Positions 1 through 11,971 of a stretch of 64,000 nucleotides of DNA are shown one piece after another. Position 1 is the first letter of the stretch. The number at the start of each line of letters is the position of its first letter. Under the pieces are notes generated by a model, which saw nothing but the letters and a program-made list of their open reading frames with translations, had not been told where the DNA came from and did not search any database. Origin of the DNA: Sphaerodactylus townsendi (taxonomy: Eukaryota). The DNA is taken from the NCBI RefSeq assembly GCF_021028975.2, contig NC_059425.1:24242001-24306000 (forward strand). Reading direction: 5' to 3'. The translations under genes were made by a program, and so were the position numbers.

Positions 1-354
1 AAAACTTATCCAAGCAACCTGCCACCTCACAGCCAAACCTCACGCACAGCAGCAAGGACAGACAGCTTTATTCTTCAGTTTCACATCTTTTTTTTAATTA
101 AAGGGAAACACAACCAAAGCAAAGATAGTCCTGGAAGAAGAAACAAGGATCTATCAGGGCTTCCCTGAAACTTGGATTATAATCCCAGAATCTCTTTCCC
201 GTTCAAGTGCCATTGGGCAAAACTTCCTGCAAATCACACTCTTCTCAGCACCGAGTAACTGGAACCAGCTTCCCCCCACAAATGCTGAAATTAGGGAACA
301 GGAGCATGCAGTGTTCGAGCGTTCTCTCCTCGTACCGGCGGCAGTCTTCCCACT

Positions 355-2121
355 TCAGAGTAAAGTAGAGTCTTGAGCAGCATCGATGCTCTCCAGCCCC
401 CCTGCTTCCCCCTTGGCACCCCTCGGGAGGGACCCTCTGACATACTGGAGGCAGGGGTAGCTCTTCCCCTCTGCCAATTCCTCCACAGGGTTTGAGAAGT
501 CCTGACAGAAGCGAATTCGGTGTTGACGGTCTGGAGTTCTGCCTGGCCCGTTCCCCTCTTGGTAACTGGTGAAGCTAAAGCCTCCCAGTCTGCCAGTCTG
601 GAGGGGTTCCTTCCCTAGGGTCTTCTCTTGCCCGGAGTTCTTGCGGAGCAGGCTGTCTAACATCTTCTGGGCGGCCTGATAATCTAGGTGGGATCCCGAT
701 GCCTTCTCCATCAAGCCTGGGCACCACGAGACCTCGCCGTCGTCAGAACTCTCAGAGCTGCTGACCTCTGGGACTCGCTCGAGTGGCCCGCTTGGTGGAA
801 CGCCAGAGGGGGAAGTAGGATGCACCAATCCAAAGACAACAGACTCTGGGCCTGGCAAAGGAGGGAAACTGCTAGGGCCTGAGGGAGCCACCAGGGCCTC
901 TTGCCTCAAGTATAAGAAGCGTGGTGTTGGGAGAGGGCACAGCGGAGTTGTTTCCTCTCCACTGTACTCGCCCTCTGCCGAGTTGACGTGCTCAACCGAG
1001 AATTTTGTGGATGTCTGCTTCCAAGGCTTGAAGGCGGTCACCTGGGTGTGGTTTCTGCAATGCCTGCTGGGTACTTCTGGTGGTGGGGATAGGGCTTTGT
1101 AGCTCAGCAGTGGGATCTCCTCTCCATTGGGGGTAGCTGTGTCTGACTCAGAGCTGCAGCCTAACTTACTGGTTTCAGTGGCCGAGTCAAACTGGATGGG
1201 TGTGGGGTGAGCGTCGGAGATGCCATCCCTGAAATCAGGAGGGGGTACGATGTCCAGGATGGTCAGCGAACAAAAGCTGTCAGGGGAGTCGGCCTTTTCG
1301 TGCTGGTGCTCCGCAGTGGATTTGGACAGCAGTCCTGAGATCTGAAAAAGGTCAAAGAAGAAGAGTTTGAATTTATACCTCACCTTTCTCTCATGTGAGT
1401 AGTCTCAAAGTGGCTTACAGTCGCCTTCCCTTCCTCTCCCCACAAACAGACATCTTGTGAGGTAGGTACAGCTGTGGGAATTCAGAGAAAACTGTTATTA
1501 GCCAAAGGTCACCCAGCAGGTTTTCTGCGTAGGAGTAGGGAAATCACCACCAGGAAATCACCACCAGTCCACCAGAAAAGAGTCTGCCACTCATGTGCCC
1601 CTCCCCTCCCCTCCCATCCCTTGAATGCCACCCCTCACTCGCTCCCCTCCCTCTCCTCCCTTGCATGCCACCCCTCCCTTTCCCCCTCCCTCTACTAGGG
1701 TGGGCGGACCATGTCCAGGTGCCGGCCTCCTCCCCTTCCCTCGTATACCATCCCTGGTCTTGGCTATGGGTCAATGGGGGAGCTGAGAGACGCCTGCCAT
1801 GTCTCCAGATTAGAGTTCACCGTTCTTAACCGCTACACACTTACTCTCTTAGGATTGAAAAGATACCACAGGCCAGTCAGACATGACTTCTGTGCAGACA
1901 AGCATACATTTTTATTGATTTCAAACCACAGGGATGGGTAACTGTAGTTTGGTGAGAACTGTAATTTGTAATTTGGTGATGTTGCTAAGAATTTTATGTT
2001 AGAGATACCTAAGCCCCTCACAGAATTACAGCTCCTGGGATTCCCTGAGGAGGACTGAGTACTATATCTATGTTAATTCTGTGATGTAGATACACAGTTC
2101 TCTTCTCTAGTACAGCCTTTT

Positions 2122-2156
<35 letters not shown>

Positions 2157-5100
2157 GAAGAAGAAGAAGAAGAAGAAGAGGAGGAGGAGGAGGAGGAGGA
2201 GGAGTTTAGATTTATATCCCCCCTTTCTCTCCTGAAGGAGACTCAAAGGGGCTGACAATCTCCTTGCCCTTCCCGCCTCACAACAAACACCCTGTGAAGT
2301 GGGTGGGGGCTGAGAGAGCTCCGAGAAGCTGTGACTAGCCCAAGGTCACCCCGCTATTGTGTGTTGGGAGTGCACAGGCTCATCTGAATTCCCTAGATAA
2401 GCTTCCACAGCTCAGGTGGCAGAGCAGGGAATCAAACCCGGTTCCTCCAGATCAGAGTGCACCTGCTCTTAGCCACTACGCCACTGCTGCTCACAGCAGA
2501 GAGCAGTGGACTATCTTAAATTACTTATTCCATATACAAAGCCACACAATTAAAGTGGCATACATCCAATATAAGCTGTAATGCTGGTTGTCGCACTATA
2601 CATGGTGTTAGGAGGAGCAAGTTCGGTGTAACAGTGAGTGGTGGATAGAGATCTGGGTTCAAATCCCCGAGGGCATATCTACCAAAAATTGTGCCTGTCT
2701 TCCTGCTGGCCGCCTATGCACCTTGTTGCTGGCTCAAGGTGGCAGGAGCCTCTCCCTGAAACTCAGCTAGGTGCAGGGTATATGCAGCTGCCTAGCCTAG
2801 CCTCAACCAGGTTTACCCTTGAATAAGAAAGGCCCTGGAGGACTGGCCCCTCCTATGCTTTCTGCAGAAGTTACACAGTTCAAAGGCCCATCCCCAAGTA
2901 ACCCGAGCATGGAATCCCAACCTTCAGCAAGTTTGCTGAGAATCCTCCTCCATATCACTCCCCAGAACGTTGGCAGTCTGGCTACCAAGTTCCACACTCT
3001 TCCCCTGCTTCTTCATGATTCAGGCCAGCAAGAGGCTTTGGATGGCTGCCAAGCAGAATGAGAGCGGCATCCAGAAGAAGCCCAAGCTGTCCACCATCCT
3101 GGGCACAGGTAGCAGGCCCCCCAGGGAGCCTGTTGAAGCCATGCTGAGCACTCCAGAGCTGCATCCACATAGCCTCCTGCAGCTTTCTTCTGGTACACCA
3201 GCATCAGGGGCTCAGCTGGAGGAGCTGGCCCCTGCACCCTGCTACCAGCCTGCCACCCAGAAGAGGGAAGCCAACCATCCCGGGTCATGTGGGGTGGTGG
3301 GCCAGCTGCACGTGTGGCCAGTGGGGAGGTGAGCACATGCTTGGAAACCCACACAGACTTTTGTGCGCCCAGCTCTCCTCGCTGCTGCCTCTCCAGCAGG
3401 CTCCCTTCCACCCTGCTAGGTGTCTCCCTGGCTCTGGCCTCATCAACACATGGAGCCCAGTGCTTGCTGGAGCTCCTTTTGGCAAGTTTGCATTTGCAGG
3501 GAGCTTTAAGACGTTTGGCTGTAGCAGGTGGTGGGGACAGGCAGGCAGGGATGTTACCCTCTTCAAGCGGCACCCAGGGCATATATCATGACTGCCCTAT
3601 CATAGGAGTTTTATCAGTGGTGGGATCCAAAAATGTTAGTAACAGGTACCCTCGCCAGCCCCCCCTCAGCAAAGGGGGAAGAGGCGTGCCTAGGCAAACC
3701 TGAGCCCTGGGCAAAATCTGAGTTAGGCGCCCCCATGGGCAGCCACCCCACCACGACCCCCCAAAATTTTTTTGCACCAGGTCATTTCTAAATCATTATC
3801 ACATTACAGAAAATGCCCCAACTCACAAATCTGAACACAGCAATGGTGAAACACACAGGTTCTTTGATAGAGACTGGTGAGATAAAAGGTACAAAAGGCT
3901 GAGAATCAATGAATTGCAGTACCTGAAAGGGATTAACCCAGTTCAGGGAGTTATATTATTAGTCGCAATTGCTATATGGAACCTTCATCGCTTCAAAGGC
4001 AGTATGCCTCCTTTGGGAGAGTGCAAGGGCGCGGAGATGGAAAAGCTGACCCACTCATAGGTAACCCCTCTCGGCACAATAACAAATAATTAGTAACTCC
4101 ACTCCTCGAACTGGTGGAGAGGAACCTGCTGGATCCCACCTCTGGTTTTAAGTATAAGCATTTGGTTGTCATTGTGCACGCATAAATCCAAATTTTACAG
4201 CAGCATTCCTCGATGCAAACAATTCACCAGACTCATTATCATCATCTCTTCCACCCATCCCTACACACAGCCCCAAATACATCAATATGAAGTAGCGAGT
4301 TTAGCATAGCCACAGCTCTAGAGTAGAAGCCGTCTCTAAGCCCCTTTGTCCTAGTTCTTGAGGGTTCCCGTATCAGCCTGCCAGATGGTAGCAGTTTAAA
4401 AAGAGAGTGTGCTGATGAGACGGGTCCCTTTTAGAATATTTTTGGGCTTCTTTATTTAGGCTTCGGGCATTATAGATTTCTTCCAAGGAGGGAGAGGGCA
4501 GCCGCATAATCCTTTGTACAGTAGTGATCACCCTTTTGAGCTGCCTCTTCCTATTCGCCACTGTGCAAATTGAGAAATCCATAGCGCTAACAGATGCTGC
4601 AGGTTAGGACACTCTCTATAGCACATTACGGGTAAAAGGACAATCAGGAGTTTCTCCATCCAGCTAGCTGCTTCCCCTTAAAGTCTCAGATAGTACAGTC
4701 TTTGCTGCTACTTTCTTAACTACCGCCAAGCAGTCTGTAAATTCCTGCGGTCAAATCCTTTCTTAATCATAACGCCCAGAAATTTAAAACTAGCTACCCG
4801 CTTCCACTTTGACTTCCATTTATAGTCAAGGGCTGAATTCTGAGCTATTCCTTCTATAGTCCACTATGAGCCCTCTTTGTCTTGTTAGTGTTAAGAACTA
4901 TGGCTATTTTCCCCTGCACCATGAGAGTAGTCGGTCCACTTCATTCGAGCAAGGCAGACTCTATCCCTCCAGAGATGAGCCCCACCACCGCTAAAGTCAG
5001 GTCAGCAAATTTGATAATGGTGTTACTATGATAGACAGGAGTACAATCATATGTATAAAGGGTGAACAGGAAAAGGCTCAACACACAGCCCTGTGGCGTT

Positions 5101-8100
5101 CCTCATATTTAGAGTAAGAACTGAGGGAAACCCGACGCAGTCTAACCTCTGGGGAACGCCCAGACAAGAAGCAAGTCCCTAATCCACAAACAGATTGAAT
5201 GTGAGAGTCCAAGATCCACAAGTTTTATCACCAGTCTTTGTGGCGAAGATTGTATTAAAATGCAGAACTAAAGTCCGCGAAGAGCATCTTCGCATTACAA
5301 TTCTGCCGTTGTCCAGATGCGCCTAAAGCTGTGCGGGAGGTAGCTGATGGCACGATGGCGCTCCTCGTGAGATCTATTAGTCCGATATGCTAATCCGGAG
5401 GTTTATCAAATGTATTTCCGGAAGGCAAGAACTAATATGCCTACATGGACCAGTTTTTCAAAACACTTCATGATGATGGGTGGGGGTGGAGTGCCACTTG
5501 GTCTATAATCCCGAAGATTGTCAGCAGGAAATCTCTTTGCAGTGAAAATTAATGGTGGAAGCTGCAAACAAGATGTGGATGGTGGATCAGATAGAGGATC
5601 GCATTGCAAAGATCCCAGCAAAACACCAGCCAGCTTGGTTACGCGATTCCTTTAACACCGAATCGAATACGTCATCCGGCTCAGCAGCCTTCCTTGGATT
5701 CATTAAGCCCTCAAAATCCTGTCTTCACCTCATGTTCCTCCAATAGTGAGGTGTGAGTCTGTAATCACCTTAGTGGTTGTGTACATCTCTTCCTGATAAA
5801 CCTGTTTCAAAAGCTGGCAAAAAAGTGGGATTTAGCTGTTCTAGCCAGTGAGAAGAAGAATCCCCCTTAATCTACAGAAATGCCTCATTGTTCCTTTGGT
5901 TTTATGATTGGTAATTTTGCTTTCGAATCCTTGCCACACCTGCCCTTATGTTGTTATTATTAAAATAATCTTCAATTTTTCTCTTATAACTCATCTTGGC
6001 TTGTCGAATGCCTCTCTTGAGACTGGCTCACGCCAAGACATCTATACTTCGTTGCCTCCATCACCAGATCTGCCAATATTCCTATCATGCGCAAAGTTTG
6101 GACCTCCCTTGTCATCCAGGGTTTATGGTTGGAGTAAATCCGGATGCGCTTATCCACAATTATGAGGACAAATGTAATGGAATCCTTGGGAAAGAGTAGG
6201 TAAAAATGCAAGTGAGACTTATGACTCTCCCCATTCCCTTAACCACTAGCCTGCAACACACTGACCTATTTTAGTGGGTGGTTTGTATGTGAAGCCATTT
6301 CTAAACTCCAAATTATGGTGCCAATAGCAAGCCCATTGTTTTGTAAAATGCTCCATTCCCATATTTCCCAGAGACGAAACAGCAACTTGGAAGAATGATC
6401 AACAACAGCTCTGACCATAGATAAAAGGATTGTTGTTCTAGTAGAGGTGAGAATTGAAGGCCAAATCATTTCAGACATGATATGTTGATATCAGAAGGCT
6501 GGCTTAAGCTTGCCCGCCTTGCCCCCACCTTCAGGGTACCAGCTCCACCATCTCAGACCAGACAGCCCCTCATCATACACCTCTTCTCTATGCCCCTCTG
6601 TGATTCCAAAACTCACGTTGAGTTTCTCCAAGGTGTTAAGGGTGTTTTGAGACATGACAAGTCTCTCCAGGAGTTCATTAATCCGCTGGTTCAATGCCTG
6701 CCTCTCTTCAGCCATGATCTGAGCCTGGAGGGAAGGAATGGCAGGTTAACAAGAGTGCGTTGATACAGTATAAATGTATATCCGTTTCATGCCAGTTTCA
6801 CAGTGATGCTAATACACCAAAGAATTCTGGAGATTCAATAAGAGGGAGTAACTGAAAGATTTCCTCATCTTCCTTGATAAAATCCCTTAATCAGGGTTCC
6901 CAAGAAAGAACGAGAAGGACTATTGGGTAATAAAACCAGTTTTCTTCAAGTCACAAGTCACATTTGACTTAAGGCAACCACTGGTGCTGTTTTCAAAGTA
7001 AGAGCCATTCAGAGATGGCTTGCCATTGCCTGTCTGTCCCTCACGACCCTGGTATTCGTGCCAGGGTCGGCCCTACTTAGCTTCTGAGATTTTTTAAGCA
7101 GAAAAAATGAAATGCACAGATATAGGATGGGTGACACCTGGCTTGACAACACTACATGCGAAAGGGATCTGGGAGTCTTAGTAGACCACAAGCTGAACAT
7201 GAGTCAGCAGTTTGATGCGGCAGCCAAGAAAGCTGGGATGCATCGATAGGAGTATAGTATCTAGATCAAGAGACAAAATGGTACCTCTCTATTCTGCAAT
7301 GGTCAGGCCTCACCTTGAGTACTGTGTTCAATTTTGGGCCCCACAATTTGAGAATGATATTGACTACATGTCCAGAGGAGAGCGACCAAAATGGTAAAAG
7401 CTCTGCCCTAGGAGTTGGTTTTTACACCTTGATTTCTCTAACTCAAGGAGTCTCAAATTGGCTTACAATAGCCTCCCCCACCCTCAGGCACCTGGAGAGG
7501 GAGAGGGAGATGAGAGTTCTGAGAGAACTGTGACTAGCTCTAGGCCACCCAGCAGGCTTCATGTGCAGGAGTGGGAAATCAAACCTGGTTCTCCGGATTA
7601 GAGTCCACCACTGTTAACCACAATGCCATGCTGGCTCTCCCTTCAGTTCTTCATTTCTACTCATTAAGCCTGATAGGACATTTTTCTCCAGCCCTGTAGG
7701 CAACAGGATCGCTACAAGTGTGTTCCTATTTTTATCTGTGAGATATGGGGAGGGGTAAGGAGCCAGTTTGCCCTTTAACCCGCATAACTTGCCAAAAGTG
7801 CTTAAAATCAAGGGTTCCCAATACATCCTCTGCCACATCCCCTCACAAAGTCTCCCTTACAATATTCTGAAGTTTCTCTTCCAGCAGTTGGTTGGTCTGC
7901 CGCGTGTCTGAATAATCTTGCTGAAACCTAGGAGGAAGCATATACAAAACCAGTTATCAGAGTTGCAAAAGGGGACTGTTCAAAAAATCCACATTTCTAG
8001 TTCCAGATTAAATTCCCCGACAAGAGGGCTGTCCCTTGCACAACGGCCGCAAAGTGGCCAACTTACTTGCTAAAATTTTCCTTTAAGGATTCCAGTTCTT

Positions 8101-11100
8101 CCCAAGTTTTCTGTAGATCTTTCTGGCCTGATCGAGACTGTTCCTCATCCTTCCTGACTGAGGATGTTGGCTGTTGCAACTGGGGAGAGCTGTAATGACA
8201 GGAGGAACCAAAGTGCTTGATGAGTGTGTATCTAGAAGGAATCGGTTCTAGGGAACACCAGCAGAGAATTGAAACCAAAGGTGGCAGCCTTGTAGTCAAT
8301 CATTGTAGATTGTTTACAGCAATGGTGCTTATTCTGCAGTTCGTGGAGAGCCGTATTCATAACTACTATGACATGAGGCCTGTCATGAGGCCTACACCTC
8401 AGGGAGGCTCATGTTTTACGTTTTCTTCTGGAAACCACCAGTCAAACACAAGCCACAACCAGGCCTTGTACACTTTTCTGAAACACATGGGTGCCATATT
8501 GGAGGATAGTCCTCTGAACAGCCACAAGGGGGCATAATAAAAAGAGCCACTCCCAGTCACAGGATATCACTGGTATTAAACAAAGTTTGTGTCATACTTT
8601 CAAGTCTCAGATGGCCTCTTTTTATAAAGTTCGCAGTAGCAGATATTACAAGACGTGGGGAAATGTGAGAATAGGGGTTGGAAGTGCCAAATTAGCTGTA
8701 CTTTTAAGTTTAACTTGATGTGTAGACAGGAGGAACTGACCCTCACAAATATGGACAATGAGGGAAACATGGGATCATAACCAGTACCTGAACTTGTTAT
8801 CCCAAATCAAAGCAACGTAGAGCTAGATACTCACATACGTTGTTCTGTGTTCACCTCTTCCAGAAATTCCTGGAGAGACAAAGAGAAAATACATCCCCAG
8901 TCCAAACTACTGTTAAAATTGGGGTTCATATATTTATTTTTAGAGCTTTTATACCCCCCAACTCTCCAGAATTTGCAAAAGTCATTAAATATGCTGTGCT
9001 TGGACTGTTGCATTGCAAGAGGCTCATAACTCCATACAAAAATAACTTGAATGGCCCATTCATTGCACAGTGAAAATAAAGGCATACTTGTACCACCACT
9101 ATTCTCTTTCTCATGCCAAAGTTCACTGTTGAAGGTCACCATTAAACATTGCTGGACACTCATTCATAGTCTGTCCTCCACTGATTAGAAAACACGCTTG
9201 TTGAAAAATTATTGCCAATAATGAAAGCAGTGGAACTCAAATTAATAAATCTTACTACATGTTTTATTAATTTTTATTGTATTTAGTTAGACTGTTTTAT
9301 TAATTAGATAGTTTTTTTCTGTTCCAATTGTTGATATAAGTTTAGTTTCTGGGAGATGTCCAGGAGCATACAGAACTTAGCCCACACACCCCTTTGACAC
9401 TCCTAGGATGTAATTTCATCAAGATGATGGATTTACAAATCAAAACACAAAGGACTTACAAGGAGGGTTCAAGATTCGCCCTTCTTTTCTCTTTTAACCA
9501 GACCCATGGCTGGAGCTTCGGATGTTGGGTGAAACCAGCACCCAACCTTCCTGGACCCATAATCTTCAGCACCTCACATAAGGACTATTTGCTGCTTTTA
9601 GATTTCCCGCTGCCAGGAACTCTCACTTGGAGCGTGATATCGCAAGAGTCCCTCGTATCCATTCACAGAAACTCGTGCTATGTATTGTGTTTCTGATTGC
9701 TCTCTTTGAAGTTAACAGCGTGATATTGTGTAACTCAATTTGCCTTTATGTAGCCTTTGATAGAAACGTATAAAACCAGTGGCGTATTTGCCTAGGGACA
9801 AGGGGTGCCCCAGGACTGCGTTTTCCCTAGATACGTCTCTGAGTCCCACAATTCCCAAAGTCGCCTTTTCAGCAGTTAAAGGGGATCCCTTGCTTCACTC
9901 GCCAGTTGAAAAGCTGGATACAACCCATTATGTGAGTGTATATGTGTGCACTCTATTATAAAAACATTATTTGTATGCGCAAGACATTAAAATACTAAGT
10001 AAAAGTGTCTCTATTAGGGTTGCCAGCTGCAGGATAGGAAATACCTGGAGAATTTAGGAGTGGAGCCTGAGGACAGCAGGGATGTTACTGGGGTATAATG
10101 CCATAGACCCCACCTTTCAAGCGGCCATTTTCTCCAGGTGAACTAATCTGTCACCTGGAAACCGTCTGTAATAGCAGGAGCTCTCCAGCCAGCACCTGGA
10201 GGTTGGAAACCTTATGACATTAGAAGCATTCCAACCTTAAAATGCAGACTTCTTTGCAAGAAGATCCTGGTTTTGAATGCAAACATTTAGCTATGGAACA
10301 TATGAAAAAATTTTTTTAAAAAAAATTAGTACTTCTGTGCCTGAGCATTCCATCAAAGTTTTAAAACAGGTACAAAGATTAGAAATCAAGAAAAAGCCCA
10401 GTGATTCTTGAGTAGACTACAGCAGGCCTCTCCCCCCTCCCCCCACATATGATGGTGATGGTTGCGCAGCAAGACAGCAAGAAATGCTCTCTGCTGACGT
10501 AAGACCTTGGCGAGAACCCTTGTACCTTGCTCAGTGTCCTGGTCTTCCCCGCCCGGTTCTCCTGATGGTCTGTGGTACTTGGCTTCTCAGCAACTCCTGC
10601 CATGTCCTCCTCAGCTTTCTGAAGGGGCAATTCTTGACCTTCACTGTCTTTGCCGAGCCCTGCTTTGGTTTCCTGCAGTTTCTTTCGCCCCTGGCTCGCC
10701 TCTCCTGGTTGCTTTGGCAAACTCCCCCAGCTGACTGTCAGAGGAGCAGGAGGGCCACATTCTGGACTGGTGCTAGTCTCGTCAGTGGTCCTGGCAGGAG
10801 CTGGGCTAGGCTGTTGTCTAGTGTAGTGATTGTGGGCAAAATCCCCTTTGGCTGAGGGCCTCACCAGTCTCCTTCTCCCTCGTGAAGGTTTTTCCTCCTT
10901 CCCCTCAGCCACGTCCAGAAAGGACCCAGGTGAGCTGGCTTTGCTGCTGGAGCCTTTGGAATCGGACCCATCAGTGCTGGGGGGTTTGCTGGCCAAGGCA
11001 ACAGCTGGGGGCTTCCAGCCCAGGGAACAGAGACTAGAAGGGCTCATTACTTGCTGAGTGATCTCATTGAGGAACTGTGAAAAACGCATCTTCTCGTCGG

Positions 11101-11971
11101 TCAGCTTCCTCCGTTTCATGTTGGGTGACTTCTTGGGGGCACTCAGATCTAGGCTGCTCGGGGGCTGCTTCTGTCGCTGCAGAGGACCAACAGGCCCAGG
11201 AGGAGGCCGAGATTCTCCTTCCAGCGAGCGTACAGTGATGGTCTCAATGGACTTTGCCTTCCGCAGCCGGTCACCTCTGGTAACTGCCCCGTTTTTCAAG
11301 ATCCCTTTGCTGGGGCCTGAAGCTGCAGTTTGGCGAGGTTGCCCTGGGGCAAGGATTTCGGCCTGCTCATTGAACATGAGACTGCGCTCTAGGCCGGGGG
11401 ACTTATACAGGCGTCTGTCAATGCTGTCGGTTTGACCTGGTAACAACTGGACTTCCTGATGGCCCTGGCGACGGGACAGCCGATCAGCGCTCTTGCTCTG
11501 GCCTTTCCTCAGCCGAACCATGGAACCAGATGGATCTCCCACCTTGTAGGCCACTTTCTGATCTCGGCCGTGATGGAAAGCACTGGCTTGACTTGAGATG
11601 TCCACGCAGGACTGAGAATGCTGAGAGTGAGGACTGGCCTTCAGGAAGGTCTTCTTGTTGAAACTGGCCTCTGAAGACCAAGATGCTGAGGAGGTGGAGG
11701 CTGTGGTGGAAGAGGACCAAGAGAGGGTAGAACCCCGATCACTGCGGCTGTCCGCCCACTGCTGGTGGCAGCTCCTCAGATCCATATCAGCAGCTCCCTT
11801 CCCCTCCTTGCCTGATGGCACGGGTGTGAAGAACTTCTCCATGACCTGCAGTTTACCAGCCGGCACTTCCACGCCTCCACCATGATTCCCCTCCCACTGG
11901 ATGGGAGCAAAAGCCTCTGCCTCTTGCTGGGCTTTCTTGTAGGACTTTCGGCGGATGGCTGAGGTGCTCAT
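355..11971 (-). CDS. Uncharacterized TJAP1/BEGAIN-family coiled-coil protein, ~906 aa; coding exons 11971-10526, 8179-8067, 7927-7861, 6724-6617, 1341-355
   Basis: Two long ORFs (10379-11971 and 355-1383) are joined by three small exons with canonical splice sites and matching phases (AAG|gtacaa; ccccag|TTG..AA|gtaagt; ctag|G..ATT|gtaagg; ctccag|GCT..AAC|gtgagt; ttttcag|ATC). The small exons encode ELESLKENFSKFQQDYSDTRQTNQLLEEKLQNIAQIMAEERQALNQRINELLERLVMSQNTLNTLEKLN, which resembles the TJAP1/BEGAIN coiled coil as I recall it. An AG sits 1 nt before the ATG, so an upstream 5' exon is likely. Confidence 0.75.
1352..1545 (-). mobile_element. Squam3-like tRNA-derived SINE, partial
   Basis: Has the (CTT) tail and body (cttcccttcctctccccacaaacagacatcttgtgaggtagg) shared with the other copies in the window. 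Confidence 0.65.
2121..2203. repeat. Compound trinucleotide microsatellite (ATG)n(AAG)n(AGG)n at a SINE tail
   Basis: Directly visible in the sequence. Confidence 0.9.
2204..2490 (-). mobile_element. Squam3-like SINE, full length
   Basis: On the minus strand: tRNA-like A box (TGGCGTAGTGG), B-box-like GGTTTGATTCC and a ggatataaatc tail. Near-identical to the copy at 24613-24906. Confidence 0.8.
3615..4144. mobile_element. Non-autonomous DNA transposon (hAT-like TIRs)
   Basis: Terminal inverted repeats CAGTGGTGGGATCC / GGATCCCACCTCTG. TSD is not clean. Confidence 0.55.
4370..6160 (-). mobile_element. Rex1/Babar-type LINE fragment (degenerate RT)
   Basis: Minus-strand motifs RIYSNHKPWMT, DYRP...IIMKCFEKLV, PQGCVLS..LFTLYTYDC and IIKFAD; many frameshifts. 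Confidence 0.7.
6940..7090 (-). mobile_element. 5S rRNA-headed Sauria-type SINE fragment
   Basis: On the minus strand ATCTCAGAAGCTAAGTAGGGCCGACCCTGG (5S-like), followed by aggcaatggcaagccatctctg. Confidence 0.55.
7095..7397 (+). mobile_element. CR1 LINE ORF2 fragment
   Basis: Encodes ERDLGVLVDHKLNMSQQ and MVPLYSAMVRPHLEYCVQFWAPQF. Confidence 0.85.
7415..7640 (-). mobile_element. Squam3-like SINE, diverged
   Basis: aaatcaaacctggttctccggattagagtcc..ttaaccacaatgcc matches the other copies. Confidence 0.6.
10016..10213. mobile_element. Non-autonomous DNA element with AGGGTTGCCA/TGG(C/A)AACC termini; related copies at ~40198-40406, ~40995-41192 and ~43752-43962
   Basis: Shared core gggtataatgccatag..cacc..ttttctccaggtgaactaatct in all four copies. 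Confidence 0.6.

Noticed and set aside
2420-2490. tRNA gene
   Set aside because: The A/B boxes belong to a SINE head, and no cloverleaf is evident.
2800-3780. Cluster of overlapping 60-190 aa ORFs on both strands
   Set aside because: GC-rich intronic or repeat-derived sequence with no recognisable domain or consistent splice structure.
10379-10525. C-terminal tail of the 530-aa ORF, and the N-terminal MRYKFKLFFFDLFQ of the 342-aa ORF
   Set aside because: Both are read-through into intron or SINE sequence beyond the splice sites. The two ORFs are exons of one gene, not separate genes.
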